Below are positions 1 through 12,806 of a stretch of 64,000 nt of DNA, one piece after another. The stretch is taken from contig NC_086097.1 of assembly GCF_963921235.1 (NCBI RefSeq), positions 142,168,001-142,232,000 of the forward strand, read 5' to 3'. Each line of letters opens with the position of its first letter. The first letter of the stretch is position 1. The notes under the pieces were generated by a model. The model had not been told where the DNA came from. It was given only the letters and a program-made list of their open reading frames with translations, and did not search any database. Origin of the DNA: Mobula hypostoma (taxonomy: Eukaryota). The translations under genes were made by a program, and so were the position numbers.

Positions 1-138
1 GTGTTGGAGACAATGGCCTGGTGCTTCTTAGTGGGGTCATGATCAAGGGGTGAATAAGAGGAGGTATCCGCGAGTTGTTGCTGTGCCTCGGCAAGGTAGA
101 GGGCAGTATGCTGTGCCTCGCCAAGGTAGAGGTCAGTA
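1..138 (-). mobile_element. Penelope-like element (PLE) RT fragment, 5'-truncated, continuing off the left edge
   Basis: Minus strand translates as TALYLAEAQQQLADTSSYSPLDHDPTKKHQAIVSNT, resembling the region preceding the PLE RT core. It ends in a 30-bp tandem duplication (79-108/109-138). Confidence 0.7.
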
Positions 139-432
139 TATCTTTAAACTGATTGGCTTAAGTTTAAATACTAATGAATTTCTGACATTAACATCAAGCA
201 GAATCACTACATGCTTTACTGATGCTTTTTCAATTTTCCATTAAGATTCTCATTGTTTTCTGTAACTAGCTAATATGCACACAGTTATTGCAAACATTTC
301 ATTGTTCCCATTCTTCTGCACTTCAAATCAGCCTTAATCACCCATCTCCTCAAAACTTTCACATTTTATCTGTCTGCTCTTGCAGATTATCTTCAATCAC
401 CAACTTTGCTTTGATCTTAAAATCCATCCCCC

Positions 433-530
433 TCCCTGTGTGGAGTCTGTATGTTCTTCTGTGACTGCCTCAATTTTCTCCACGTGCTCTGCTTTCTTCC
501 CATATTCCAATGATATGCAAGTTAATGATA
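433..530 (+). mobile_element. V-SINE/HE1-like SINE core fragment
   Basis: CTGTGTGGAGTCTGTATGTTCTT..GTGACTGC..TTTTCTCC..GTGCTCTGCTTTCTTCCCATATTCCAA resembles the V-domain core of vertebrate tRNA-derived SINEs. Confidence 0.55.
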
Positions 531-829
531 ATTGGCCTCTACTGGGCCTTCATAAAAACACACATCATATTCTGCTCTGAAAGAGTCTGAATCCTGCAAA
601 CTGGACATACCATTTTCACCTTGCTTGGAGTCTGATCTTCTTCAGGAGGATCATTTACTTAATTCCAACTTGAGAGCACTGCCAGCACTAAACCTGCCCC
701 AGCTAATTTTTACTGAAACGTTCATGCATAATTAACATTTTGTTATTATGTTAATAAGTTAACTCTAATCTTCTGCACCATCACCACTTTCCTATACCAT
801 TTCCATTTCCTTTCACTCTCATAAGGCCC

Positions 830-1560
830 AAAATATCTCCTCTCTTGAATAAACTCAAACTTTGAGCCTCTAATACCCTCTAGATAGAATGTCTAAAGGT
901 TCCTTGTCCTCTGGGTGAAGTATTTTTTTTCTCAACTCCTTCCTGAATTGGTTACCCCTTTATTTTAAAATTTTGAGCCTGTTCAGAAAACCCCATCAGG
1001 GAAAATGACATCATTGAGCTTATGCTGTTAGCAAGATCAGCTTTCCTTTAAAAAGAACAAGAGAATATGGGATCAGTTTGCATAATCAAGTCAGCATAGC
1101 TGCTTAATTAGTCATCGTAGCACAATCTACCAAGAATCAATCTGGCAAACCTTCATTTTATACAGTTAATGTATCCTTTATTAGATGGGAAATCATACCT
1201 GTGTATAATGTTTCAAGTGTAGTCTCACCAGGCCCCTCTTTCACTTCAATAAAAAATATTTGCTTCTGCAATCAAATCCACTTCCAATAAAGGACAGCAG
1301 AGACTTACTTTCAGAATAGTTTTTTGCAACTTCAGTTCTGACATCAATTCTCACCATTTAAGCCACAACTCTGCACCTTTATTTATTCTGTTGAAGTGGA
1401 TGACATCATGATTTTCCACATTGTACTCTAAATGCCACATCCTCACCCACTTCTTTATCTTGTTCATATCTCTTTTATGTCTCTCTGCATCCTCCTCACA
1501 ATGCTCACTGTCACCCTGGTTTGTATTATTGGTAAACTTGACTACATTATTCTTGGTTCC
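830..1560 (-). mobile_element. Highly decayed CR1-type LINE 3' fragment
   Basis: Colinear similarity to the better preserved CR1 at 12807-13910, e.g. CTCTGGGTGAAG, GTCTCACCAGGCCC, AAGTGGATGACATCA..TTTTCCACATT, CTCTGCATCCTCCTCACA. Confidence 0.6.
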
Positions 1561-2139
1561 CTGGAAGGTGAGAAATCAAGATTTTGAATATTAGTCAAAG
1601 GATTGGGGTGAGTGCAGGAAAGTGGCAGTGATATAGATGAGCATGATCTTAATAAACAATTAGGCAGACATGCTCATCTCCTTACTACATTCATCCAAAT
1701 CCTCAACTCGTGACATTCCCTCCACTGTAATTGCTAAACTCTGTCCCATTCTCACACCTAAAGCATGTATTCGTCTTCCATCTCACTAGACCATACATTA
1801 CACTGAAACTTCCATCACCTTCAAAGAGCGAATGGCACTACAATTTGACATGGTAAATCATATGCAAAGTACTCTGAAGGTTTATCAGAAATGTTATCAG
1901 GCATTTTAAATTAAAGCCTTTTTTTTAAACTGAACATCACCAAGACGCAAATACTGCAATTGAGGGAATAGATTCCCATTGTGTATAGGTCAAACACACC
2001 CAACATTCTGTATCCTTTATAAACTGCTATTTGCATCCTCAATTGCACCAAATCCCATTCTTCATCATCCTGTGCTCAGTCACCTACATCAGCTCCTGAA
2101 TGAGAAATAACTCAACTTCGAAATTCTGAGTGATTTTAC

Positions 2140-2247
2140 CTTTCTCAGTGTTACCATTAGTCCTATAACCCCAGTTATTATGGTCCTCCAACTTGGGACT
2201 CCAGCATAACCTGATTTTATTAACTTCACCAGACTGGCAGTGAAGTC
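2140..2247 (-). CDS. Candidate internal coding exon of an unidentified host gene (phase 1-1, 108 nt)
   Basis: Acceptor gtgttttag|GAC, donor AAG|gtaaaa. Open frame GLHCQSGEVNKIRLCWSPKLEDHNNWGYRTNGNTEKG, in frame with the exon at 3754-3885. No recognisable domain. Confidence 0.4.
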
Positions 2248-2717
2248 CTAAAACACTGGAATTATAGTTCAAGGTTTGTACATTTCTATCTCACCTTCTT
2301 CCTTTACATTGTTCCTTAGGGTTTGCCTTTTCACTCAAGATTAGATCATCTGCTTTAATATTTATCATGTGGTTTTTAACTAAATCATGAATGATAATGA
2401 AATGGAAACAGAAAATGCTGAAAAGATTCAGGCAACATCTGTAGATAGAGAAACAGAATTACTTTACTAGCCTATTGCACTATAGGATGAAAAGGAGACC
2501 CAAAATACACTTAAGGAATAACCTATTCCCTGTTTTGGTACAATGAAGCCTCATAGACCACCTAATTACACAACTTCAGATCACTCACTGTCTCTTCTGC
2601 ACGAGAACTGCCCATTTCTAATACAAGTCATTCATCTGTAACACTGACTCAGTCATTGTTTCTGTATTACTATAGCCTTACCTGCATGGCACATACCATT
2701 ACCCTATCTTTTGCAAC

Positions 2718-3080
2718 ACATTGTGTGTTGCTTTGGATTTCCAGCATCTGCAGATTTTCTCATGTTTATGATTTACTACTCTACTGGGTAGTCTCTTTCA
2801 GGGATGTCTACCCTAAAGTAGTTTAAATCTTCCCTTCGACTAGAGTTCAGTGAAACCCTCTGTCACTGTGACCCCTCAATGCCAGCTAGCCTCTTTCTCC
2901 TTGCCCAACTTTAAATTCAGGCATCTCCTCCCTTCCCTCTTGGTCCTGAAGTAGGGTCTCAACCCAAAACGTCAACTGTTTACTCCTCTCCATAGATACT
3001 GTCTGACCTGCTGAGTTCCTTCAGAATTTTGTGCATTTTGCTTTGGATTTCCAGCATCTATAGATTTTCTCATGTTTACA
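2718..3080 (+). mobile_element. PLE-derived non-autonomous fragment (terminal repeat + ORF-start piece + terminal repeat)
   Basis: TTGCTTTGGATTTCCAGCATCT..GATTTTCTCATGTTTA occurs twice (about 2729 and 3038). A decayed hammerhead-like motif lies at 2942-2978. Confidence 0.65.
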
Positions 3081-3753
3081 ATTTACATTATGCTTTTGTT
3101 GGTTTCATCATATAACTGCCTCCATTACTCTATCTGACCGGAGGATCTCTGCAACTTATCCCCATTGCAACTGTGACTTCGCCCATCAGTTACTTCCTTC
3201 GTCCTAGCCATCCTTCTCCCATCTTCTCTCACTTAAAACTAATGTCTCTTTCTCTTTCCCAATTCAAATGAAGACTGTTTTGACCAGAAACTTTCTACAG
3301 ATGTCCTCTGCTACTGTGTGTTTCCAGGATGGTCTATTTTTATTTCAGATTTCCAGCGCCTGCAGTTTTCATTTTCATTTGATAATGCCTTAGGATATAT
3401 ATATGATGGTGAATGCTCTGCAAAAATTCAAGTTTCTGTCTTAGAAAAAGTTGGTATTTTAAAAAAAGACAGATCTTTCTTCCCTTTCTTCAGCTCACAA
3501 CAGAAAATACATAGGAGGTCTTAATGAAGGGGTGAGGGGGAAAACGAGGACTGCAGAGTAACAAACTGCAAGAGAACCAGAGAATTATTTAATATATTTA
3601 CATTTCAGGAGCTCAGTCAATTGAGGAATGTGACGTTACAAGGCAGTGAGAAAGAAATAGTTGAAATAGTTTCTTTCATATTTTTCTTCTCTAGCATCCA
3701 CTACTAGCCAAATAAAAAAATCTATGATCTTAAAATTTGAGATGCATCCTTAC

Positions 3754-3885
3754 CAGAAAGTCTGAAGGGAGATTCTGTGCTCATCTGTGCTGACTGTGAC
3801 ATCAAATTCATTGCCACCTCCTCTTCATCATGACATTTATTACCAAAATGCAACAGCTCGTCACCAACTGGAACATTGTGCATTT
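3754..3885 (-). CDS. Candidate internal coding exon of an unidentified host gene (phase 1-1, 132 nt)
   Basis: Acceptor acttttatag|AAATG, donor CTG|gtaagg. Open frame EMHNVPVGDELLHFGNKCHDEEEVAMNLMSQSAQMSTESPFRLSG in non-repetitive sequence. Confidence 0.45.
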
Positions 3886-5279
3886 CTATAAAAGTATACA
3901 AGAGTTCAAAGTTTACAACTATCCTGATTTTCAAAACCATTGCTAGTAAAATAATTAATAATAAATTTCAACTATTTCTCCCACCAGAAGAGTCATGATG
4001 TTGCCCTATGATCTGTTAGCAATTTCATTGCAGTAATGGCCTAATTGAGTTTACCTGGCAAACTTTCCAAAGTTGAGTAGTTCACTGATTAGCAAGCTCA
4101 CATATTAAAAATGACAAGAAACAAGTTAACAGTGCTTGTCAACTTAGAACAAAAATAAAAATTGGGAAAAGACACTGATTTTAAAAGAATCCACAAGATA
4201 GAGGTATCACAGCCAAAATGAGCAGTTAGCATTCCTTCCTAATTGGCCTTTTGATTGGGTAGTTTTCCATTTCTAATGGTAGTTCAGAATCAGATTGCTC
4301 TGGATCAGGAATCACAAATGGAGAAATGAGTGAATCACCTGGGGTTTTACAATAATCCATTATATATTATTGTAGCTCTCCATTTCTTCAATTGAATTTA
4401 AATCCCTAGCTATCATGGTGGGAATCCTGAAACATCAGTTCAATAACTTGACCATCAGCTGAAATGGTTTCCTACACCACCATGGACTAAGAACTGGTCA
4501 ATGCCTTCTGACCCCTAAAGGGTTATTGAACACTGTAGATTTGATGAGCAAAACATTGTCACTTTTCTAATGATGCGGCTTTGGTGAAAAACTTAATACA
4601 AGTTGGTCAATCTCACAAACATGGCACAGAGCTGAAGTGTGAAGTAAAAGACATTCAATACTGTAATGAAGAACAAATACAACCAAAGCAAATGCACCAA
4701 TGTACAATATAAATGAATTTGTTGTCAGCAATATGTACTCTATGCTTCTTTCCCCTTCCTTACACAAATCATTAGAAAAGTTTCATTGAGAGTACTGGAA
4801 CAGAAACACAGAATTGTTCTCAAAAACTATGGGGCCAGATTTAACTGAACTGGATCTCATACTTGGTGTCATTCCCTTTGTCTCTTCACACCTACGCTTC
4901 ATCAATCTGGACGCTCATGGAGAAGCTCACTGGCTCAAAACATTCAAGATTCCTACAGCCTATAGTTTAGGCAGGAAAGGGGCTCGTACAAGGCAAAGAA
5001 GCAGCCCTGCTTCTGAAACAGTTCTAAATGACAGTTAACTATTACATTTAGAAAAATACAAAAGAAACAGTGAATTAATAAAACAAGTTTCTAAATATCA
5101 GAAATATTAAACAAAAGCAAAATTATTGCAAACATATTACTTTTGACTTAACCTTTTCATCTGAAACCCTACTATCCTCATTGAAATCAAAATGATGACA
5201 GATAGTCAAGTTGTTTAGAATTTTCTTGCTTGGGCTCCTACATTATTCCAATGTTATGCTTGAAAAACAGCACTGTTTC

Positions 5280-5642
5280 TACATGTTTTTTTCTCCTTCT
5301 GTCCCTCTCACTATAACTCCTTGCCTGCTCTCCACCCTCCCCCCTTCTCTTTCTCCCCAGGCTTCCCGTCCCATGATCCTCTCCTTTCTCCAGCCTGGTA
5401 TCAACTTTTCAGCTCTTAGATCCACCCCTCCCCTCCTGACTTCTCTTATCATTTCAGATCTCCCCCTCCTCTTCCCACTTTCAAATCTCTTACAATCTCT
5501 TCTTTCAGTTAGTCCTATCGAAGGGTCCCAGCCCGAAACGTCAACTGTACCTCGTCCTATAGATGCTGCCTGGCCTGCTGCGTCCACCAGCATTTTTTGT
5601 GTGTGTTCCTTGAATTTCCAGCATCTGCAGATTTCCTTGTGT
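5280..5642 (+). mobile_element. PLE 3' terminal (pLTR-like) fragment
   Basis: Closely similar to the reverse complement of 31022-31400. The hammerhead core is mutated (CTATCGA instead of CTGACGA) at about 5515-5545. Confidence 0.8.
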
Positions 5643-7080
5643 CACTGTTTCTAGATGGGTATGTTTAGTGATGAACTTCCTTCTGTTGAATATGGGGAGG
5701 ACTTGTCTACAGTAACTATCATGAATTTCACCCTCACCATCAATTCCTCCATTCTAGTCAATACCTCAGACTTAGTAAGTCTATTTGTAACCCATATATC
5801 CTTTTCAGCAGAACTGAATTTTAACAATACCCTTTCAAGCAAAAATATCACTACTTCCATCTCCGTAAAATTGCACTCGTAACACCCAACTTAGCTCATA
5901 TTCAGCTGAGAACCTCAAACGCATTATCACATCCAGATGTTTAATCACCATTCTCGCAAGGATCAACTTCACCTACATTTTCCTATCTTAACATCACTAC
6001 TTTGTCTCCATCTCCCATCTTCAGTAATTTTTTCCCTATACTTATGCTCCAAAATTCATTCACATCTCTTCTCACTCCTTTTACAAATCCTTCCAAATTC
6101 ATCACCTTTCCTAAAATTTCATCTTTTATTACAACTAAATAAAATGTTTTCATCATTTTGAGTAAAAGTTCTTCATTCAGTGATTAGTTATGGAGTAAGT
6201 TAAACTCTAAGCAGCAGACTAGGTAAAACCCATTTATACACCTTCTACTGTACCATTCCTCAACTTCTGTTCCCCCCCCCCCATTAACCTGAAAAATTAA
6301 TGCTCTAGTGAGCCTGCAAACTTCTAATTCATAATATTACAAATAAAACTAAGATTACAGATGTGTCAAGTTCAGGTATCAGAGTACTAATCTGCTTATG
6401 AAAGCTGCTTTTTAAGATGTAAATGGGGGGGAGGAGATAAATAGGGGGTGGGCAACATGGATCTGAAGGTGCAACTAAGGTGCACTTCACCTTAGGTGTT
6501 TGTATGCCATGTCTATAACTTAAAAGCAAGGTTTTGTTTTGGTATCTGAAAAGGATTTCTCCGTCAAGCATCGCAAAAACAAAGAAATTTTACATATATT
6601 GGTACTCTTACCGAGGAATTACCAACACTGCATTTTGAATGTATTTCTCTGTGTAAAAAGAATCTCCTTATGAAAGATGATTAAAATTATAAGCTCTCAT
6701 GTTCTTACATTCTCCACAGAAAACACCAGCAACTCTACTGCTAATGCAAGTGTCCAAAATATAGCTCCAGGTACTATACTGTATTATTCTGCAATTGCAC
6801 ATATCCACTTATAGTCAAGCTTTATAGAATTTCTTCAGCTTTCCTCATATGCCTCTGTAAAATGACCTGAACTCCATTGTAGAGATGCACTAAGCTTGTT
6901 CAAAGCCAAAGTGGATAAATTAAAGTTACCAAACTACTCACCCAAATCAAGGTTAAGAAATATTTTAATAGAGGATATTTTTCTATTTCCAAACTAAATG
7001 ATCTCTATATAAATTTTCGGAATTAAAGATGACTAACTCTAATGTCACAGTAGACAGGAGATGTATCTGCTGCCTGATTA

Positions 7081-8419
7081 CAAGTGTCCCCCGCTTTTCG
7101 AACGTTCGCTTTACGACATCTCACTGTTACAAAAGACCTACATTAGTTACCTGCTTTTGCTAACAGAAGGTGTTTTCACTGTTATGAAAAAAGGCAGCGC
7201 ACGGGAAAAGCAGCCAACCTCCTCCCCCGGAACTTCATTCTAGCTGGCATTGCTTAAACACGTGCCTGTGAGCATCTGTTTGCAAGATGAGTTCTAAGGT
7301 ATTGGAAAAGCCTAAAGGAGCTCTTAAGGGTGTTACACTTAGCGTAAAACTAGACATAACTTAAGCATTTCGATCGTAGTGAACAAAGTAAGGACAAAGT
7401 GAGTTTGGCTTGTGGAAGCTGACGAAGATGATGTGAAGAGGTTTTGGCATCCCATGACCAAGAACTGGTAGATGAAGAGCTGATGCAACTGGAAGAGGAA
7501 AGGATAACAATCAAAACTGAATGCAGTAGCGAACAGACTGAAAGTGAAGTCGTCCAGGAATTGAACGTGAAGCAAATGCATGAGATGATAGAAAAATGCA
7601 CGAGGCTAGCAGATAAGCATACTGTCGTTTTTCAAGCCTTCCACATCAGCCACAGCAGATGACGAACCCTGACCTTCGACATCGAGGCAGGCAGACATAG
7701 AAGAAGGTGACCTGCCTGCCCTGATGACACCCCAGTGTCCCACGACCCCAGCCCCCGGGCCGCGGACCGATACACTGCTGCGGAGAATGCAGCAGTAGCC
7801 GGGGCGCACCCAACACATCATTAAGAAAAAAGACAAAATAAATAAACTAATTAATTAGGTGCTGCCCGGCACGTAAATGTCAGCCCAGATCAGAGGCGAT
7901 TGCCGAATGCGTCGCCTCTGATCTGGGCCGACCTTTATGTGCCAGGCAGCACCTAATTAATTAGCTTGTTTATTTCGGCCTTTTTCTTAAAGATATGTTG
8001 GGTGCGTCCCGGCCACCGCTGGACCGCTGCATTCTTCACGGATCGGTATCAGTCGGCAGCCCAGAGGGTGGAGACCACTGCACCACCCCAACCTCCGACG
8101 ACTCAGCCTAACACACCATCATCAGTGTGCTCGGCGCTGTCTTCCCGATTCCCATAAGTGATACTACACTGTAGATACATTATTTCTACTTTATATAGGT
8201 TGTGTATTTATCATATCATTCCTGCTTTTACTATATGTTACTGTTATTTTAGGTTTTGTGTGTTATTTGGCATGATTTGGTAGGTTACTTTTTGGGTCTG
8301 CGAACGCTCACAGATTTTTCCCATATAAATAAATGGTAATTGCTTCTTCACTTTACGACATTCCAGCTTAGGAACCGTTTCATAGGAACGCTCTACCTTC
8401 GGATGGCGGGGGAAACCTG
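7081..8419 (+). mobile_element. Non-autonomous Tc1/mariner Tigger-type DNA transposon
   Basis: TA flanks at 7079-7080 and 8420-8421. TIRs CAAGTGTCCCCCGC..CGAA and CAGGTTTCCCCCGC..CGAA. Transposase remnants KGVTLSVKLDITKHFDRSE (psq-type HTH) and LASHDQELVDEELMQLEEE (C-terminal). Confidence 0.85.
7733..8080. repeat. About 350-bp GC-rich imperfect palindrome (probable hAT-type MITE nested in the Tigger)
   Basis: Arms CAGTG..CTAATTAATTAGGTGCTGCCCGGCAC..CCCAGATCAGAGGCGA and TCGCCTCTGATCTGGG..GTGCCAGGCAGCACCTAATTAATTAG..CACTG, centred near 7905. Confidence 0.8.
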
Positions 8420-9989
8420 TATATTCTCTTACCCAAAGCTGCATTAAAGTCAACATGCACAAGTAACAATGTCAATAGCCAGAGCTTATGTTTATGCTTT
8501 TTTTTCTTTTTGATCTGTATGCCTGCTATACACTATTCAAATGCTTATTATTCAGGCATGAGGTCCAGTAGATTTACTTCCAATTTAATGGTCCACTCTA
8601 CCACTAAGACACACTTTTCCCTTCATAAATTCATAGTACTAAGTTCTATTTATTCCCTTCTGTAGTTTAGAAACTAAGTCTTTTCGCATCATCCAGTTCA
8701 CAAAAACATTATCCTTCCATCCTTCCACCCTTCCCCCAGCTTCCAAACATACTGCAAGTTCTCAAGAGGCACAAAGGCAGAAGGACAATGAAACAAAGCC
8801 ACAGAGTCTGCTAATATCATGTCACTGGCTTGAAAGATATAGAAACACCTGCGATCTGGGATGAAGAACAGGATGTAATCCAGACTGATTAGGTCAATGT
8901 GCTACAATTTCTGTGCTATTTTAAATAAATATTTCTTTACTTATCAATGAGGAAATGGTTTGTATATTTTTTTCACAGGTTCCATTTACAACCCATGTAG
9001 AAAAAAAATGTTGATTAGATTCTGGTTATACCTCCATTTACAGACAACTCAATTATGCAATCCCTCTCATCAATCATGAAATACAAGTCGGAACCTCTGA
9101 TTTACTTCAGATTTTAAGAAAAACTCAAGATATTTTACAATCAAAGTCACATTTATGTGCTTTAAGCAGGCTGAGAAGATAGCCAGCAGATTATAATTAC
9201 AATAGTCAGAAAATGCTCAGATCATAAACAATCTCCATTCCAGATGTGCAAATGTCATTGTAAGTCTACAGCTATTAATCTCTGCTGAACGCACATTAAT
9301 CAAATAGGGAGAGCTCTTTCATAACCACGGGCAATGATCAGAAACAGAATACACTCAACCGGACAACCCGAAATGCTTTATTAAGGCCTACTCAATTTTT
9401 AAGTCAGAATAAAATCCAAAAGACGAAGTGGTTCTACCCAGCCTGTGCTATGTATAATGATAACCATCTGGAACCATGTAAAATCATCTGACCACAAAAC
9501 AGTCACTAAAAATACTCAGCCATGAGATGCGGATTTTTTTTTAAAAACACAGATCAAGAGTCTGCAAGCAGCATCACAAACCCACTGTTAGCTAGACATG
9601 TGGCTCAAAATTGATTTTTGTTTAATTGATGCATCACTAAACTAAGCTCTTATTTATCATATACCAGTATGGCTGGTGTGCATCATGTAAATAAGTAACT
9701 AATGTAATTTCACTTGGGTATGGATTTGTAACAACTCCAATACAAAGCAAATTTCAATGAAAATATTTCAAGATGCAAATCTAACTTTCTTGGTCTAAAG
9801 ATGCTATATGACCTACTGAGAATTTCCTAACATTTTTTAAAAATCTAAAATTACAACTCCGACCAGATATGAACCAGATGGGTCTGTTTCCACACTTCTC
9901 AGGAATCTATCTCAAAGATCAGGCCAACATTTACACTAGAATTAAAAGTTAACTATTTCATACTACAATACAATCTGTAGGATCTTGCC

Positions 9990-12562
9990 ACTCGTACGTG
10001 TGAAGTTGTTTCTGAATATAGGCCGAAAAGTATCCAACCCAGACAGAATAACTGGCCAACTACTAAAGTCCAGGGCTGATCAACTGGCCGAGTGTCCACT
10101 GAGAACTTTAATCTCTTGGTTCGGAAATGTGAAATACCCACCAGATTTAAGAAGGCTTCACATATCAATGTCTAAGAAGAACGTGGTAGCATGCCTCAAT
10201 GACTATCATCCAGAAGCACTTACATCCATCGTGATGAAGTGCTTTCAGAGGCTGGTGATGAAACATATCAACGTCTGCCTGAGAAGTAACTTGAATCCAC
10301 TCCAATTTGCCAACTGGCACCACGGGTCTACAGCAGATGCCATCTCAATAGCTCTTCATTCAACCCTGGAACATCTGAACAGCAAATATGCATACATCAT
10401 AATGTTCTTTATTGACTAGAGCTTGGCATTCAATACTATCATTGCCTCTAAAATAATCAAAAAGCTTCAATTCCTAAGTCTCAATACCACCTTGTTCAAT
10501 TGGATCCTCAATTTCTTCACTTGCAGACACCAGTCAGCTCAGAATGACAACATCTCCTCCACAATTCCCATCAGCATAAGTGCACCACAAGGCTGTATAT
10601 TCAGCCCCCGCTCTACTCGCTTTACACTTATAACTGTGTGGCTAATGCCACTTTCAAGTTTATTGAAAACAACACTGTCGCAGGCCAGATCAAAGATAGT
10701 AATGAATCAGTATACAGGAGGGAGATTGAAAATCTGACTGAGTGGTGTCATAACAATCTCTTACACAATGTCAGCAAAACCAAGGAGCTAATTACTGACT
10801 TCAGGAAGAGGAAACCAGAGGTCAATCAGCCAGTCCTCATCGGAGGATCAGAGGTGGAGAGGGTCAGCAACTTTAAATTTTTCAGTATTATCATTTCAGT
10901 GTTATCATTTCGGAGGACATGTCGTTGGCCCAGCAAACAAGTGCAATTATAGAAAGAGCACAGCAGCACCTCTATTTCCTTAAAAGTTTGTGAACGTTTG
11001 GCATGACATCTGAAACTTTGACCAACTTCCATAGATGTGCAGTGATAAGTATATTGACTGGCTGCATCACAGTCAACATACATCACAATGCTGTAGGAAA
11101 ACACCATTACTCTTGAATGGAAAATCCTACAAAAAGTGCTGGATACAGCCAAGTTCTCACAAGAAAAAACACATCCCATCATTAAGCACATCTACACGAA
11201 GCATTGTTGCAGGCATGTAGCATCCATCATCAGGGATACTACCATGCAGTTGACACTCTCTTCTCACTGCTGCTGTCAGGAAGGTGGTACAGGAGCCTCA
11301 GGACTCACACCACCAGGTTCAGGAACAGGGGTACCTCAACCATCAGACTCTTGAACCAAAGGGAATAACTTCACTTGCCTTGATCATTGAAATTTTACCA
11401 CAACCTATTGTGACGAAAGAGGGTTACAAAAGTACACATAGACTAAGATGTTAACTGTCCTGCGCTAGCACCAGTGGGATCAACAGTTGATCTTCCACCT
11501 GTCTTCAGGAGAAAGAGATAAGTAAGACAATGGAGCAGCATTTGGAAATGTTAATGAAGAGACGAGAGAGTTTAACGGAAGGAGACACCGGTCTGAGTAT
11601 TGTCAAGACCGGCTCCTTTTGAACCCTGAACTGTTTGAAGTGTGATGGACAGGCGATACCCCAGCAGGGAGATAAAAAGGGGCAGGTTCGCTAAGACACG
11701 ACGCACACGACTCCACGAGGTAACGAGACCCTGAAAGCGGTGTGCCCCCCCCCACTAGTTGGTGGGAGTTGTTGGAGGTCTGGTCGCGGGACCAGCCATA
11801 GACGCACAGGGTGGAAAGGTACGGATCGGTGGGAACCTGGTGTGTGTGTCCGCCCTTGCCTGGGTGCTGGGTTCACCGCAGAAGAATGATCGTATCTGGA
11901 ACGGAGGGGTCACAGTTGGTGACCTCAGAAGACATTACAAAGGGCTCGCCCGAAAGCTAACTGCTAGGAATATCAAAGGTCTGTTGAATCCGATTTGAAT
12001 ATCAGCATTTGCTCTCTCTCTCTCTCTCCAACGACACAACGGCGACTACTGCGAACTGAATTAAACTGAACTCTGTCACTTGTGATTGATCATGTTACCC
12101 CTAGACTGCGATAGAGCTTGATTGACCCTATTATCCTAGTTCTGTGTACATGTGTGTTTATTCATTGCTAACCTGTTGCATTTATATCCTTACTATTAGA
12201 GTACTGTGTTGCTTATTTCTTTAATAAAACTTTCTTAGTTCCAGTAATCCAGACTCCAATTGAGCGGTCCATTTCTGCTGGTTTGGCAACCCAGTTACGG
12301 GGTACGTAACACTATGCACTCAATTTCAAGGACTCATCATCACAAGCCCTTGATATTTATTGCTTATTTATTAATGATTATTATTTCTTTATTTTTTGTA
12401 GTTACACAGTTTGTCTTTTGCACACTGGTTGAAAGCCCGGGTTAGTTGGTCTTTCCGTCTATTATGGTTATTATTCTATTATTGTTTTACTGAGTATGCC
12501 CTCAGGGTTATGCATGGTGACATATATGTATCTTGATAATAAATTTACTTTGAACTTTGAAC
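9990..12562 (+). mobile_element. Rex1/Babar-type LINE, 5'-truncated and decayed, interrupted by a solo LTR
   Basis: RT remnants KKNVVACLNDYHPEALTSIVMKCF, PLQFA, APQGC, NVSKTKELITDFRK. 3' tail AATAAATTTACTTTGAACTTTGAAC. Confidence 0.85.
11409..12311 (+). mobile_element. Solo LTR (903 bp) of the Gmr1-like Gypsy family
   Basis: TGTGACG...CGTAACA termini, 4-bp TSD CTAT (11405-11408/12312-12315), AATAAA near 12223, and clear homology to the LTRs at 27780 and 36605. Confidence 0.92.
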
Positions 12563-12806
12563 ATTGCTGTGATAAGTCCTAACTGTGCTTCAAAAATCAA
12601 TGGGTTTAAAGCTTGGAGTGTTTCTAAAGAAGTTGAATATGTATACAAATGCAAATTGTTTCTTCTTTTTCAGGAGAATATAAACAATATAGTATAGTTT
12701 ACAGTTCAGCTGCAATGAGGACAAAATTCAAAGATAGTGCCAAAAAGTGCATAAATAGTCATCTGTGATGTACTTTTCATTTATCCTCTTCACGGATGCT
12801 GCCAGA

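Noticed and set aside
611..658. Possible further exon (VNDPPEEDQTPSKVKM, donor ATG|gtatgt)
   Set aside because: The only frame-compatible acceptor is AAG with no pyrimidine tract; upstream acceptors include a stop.
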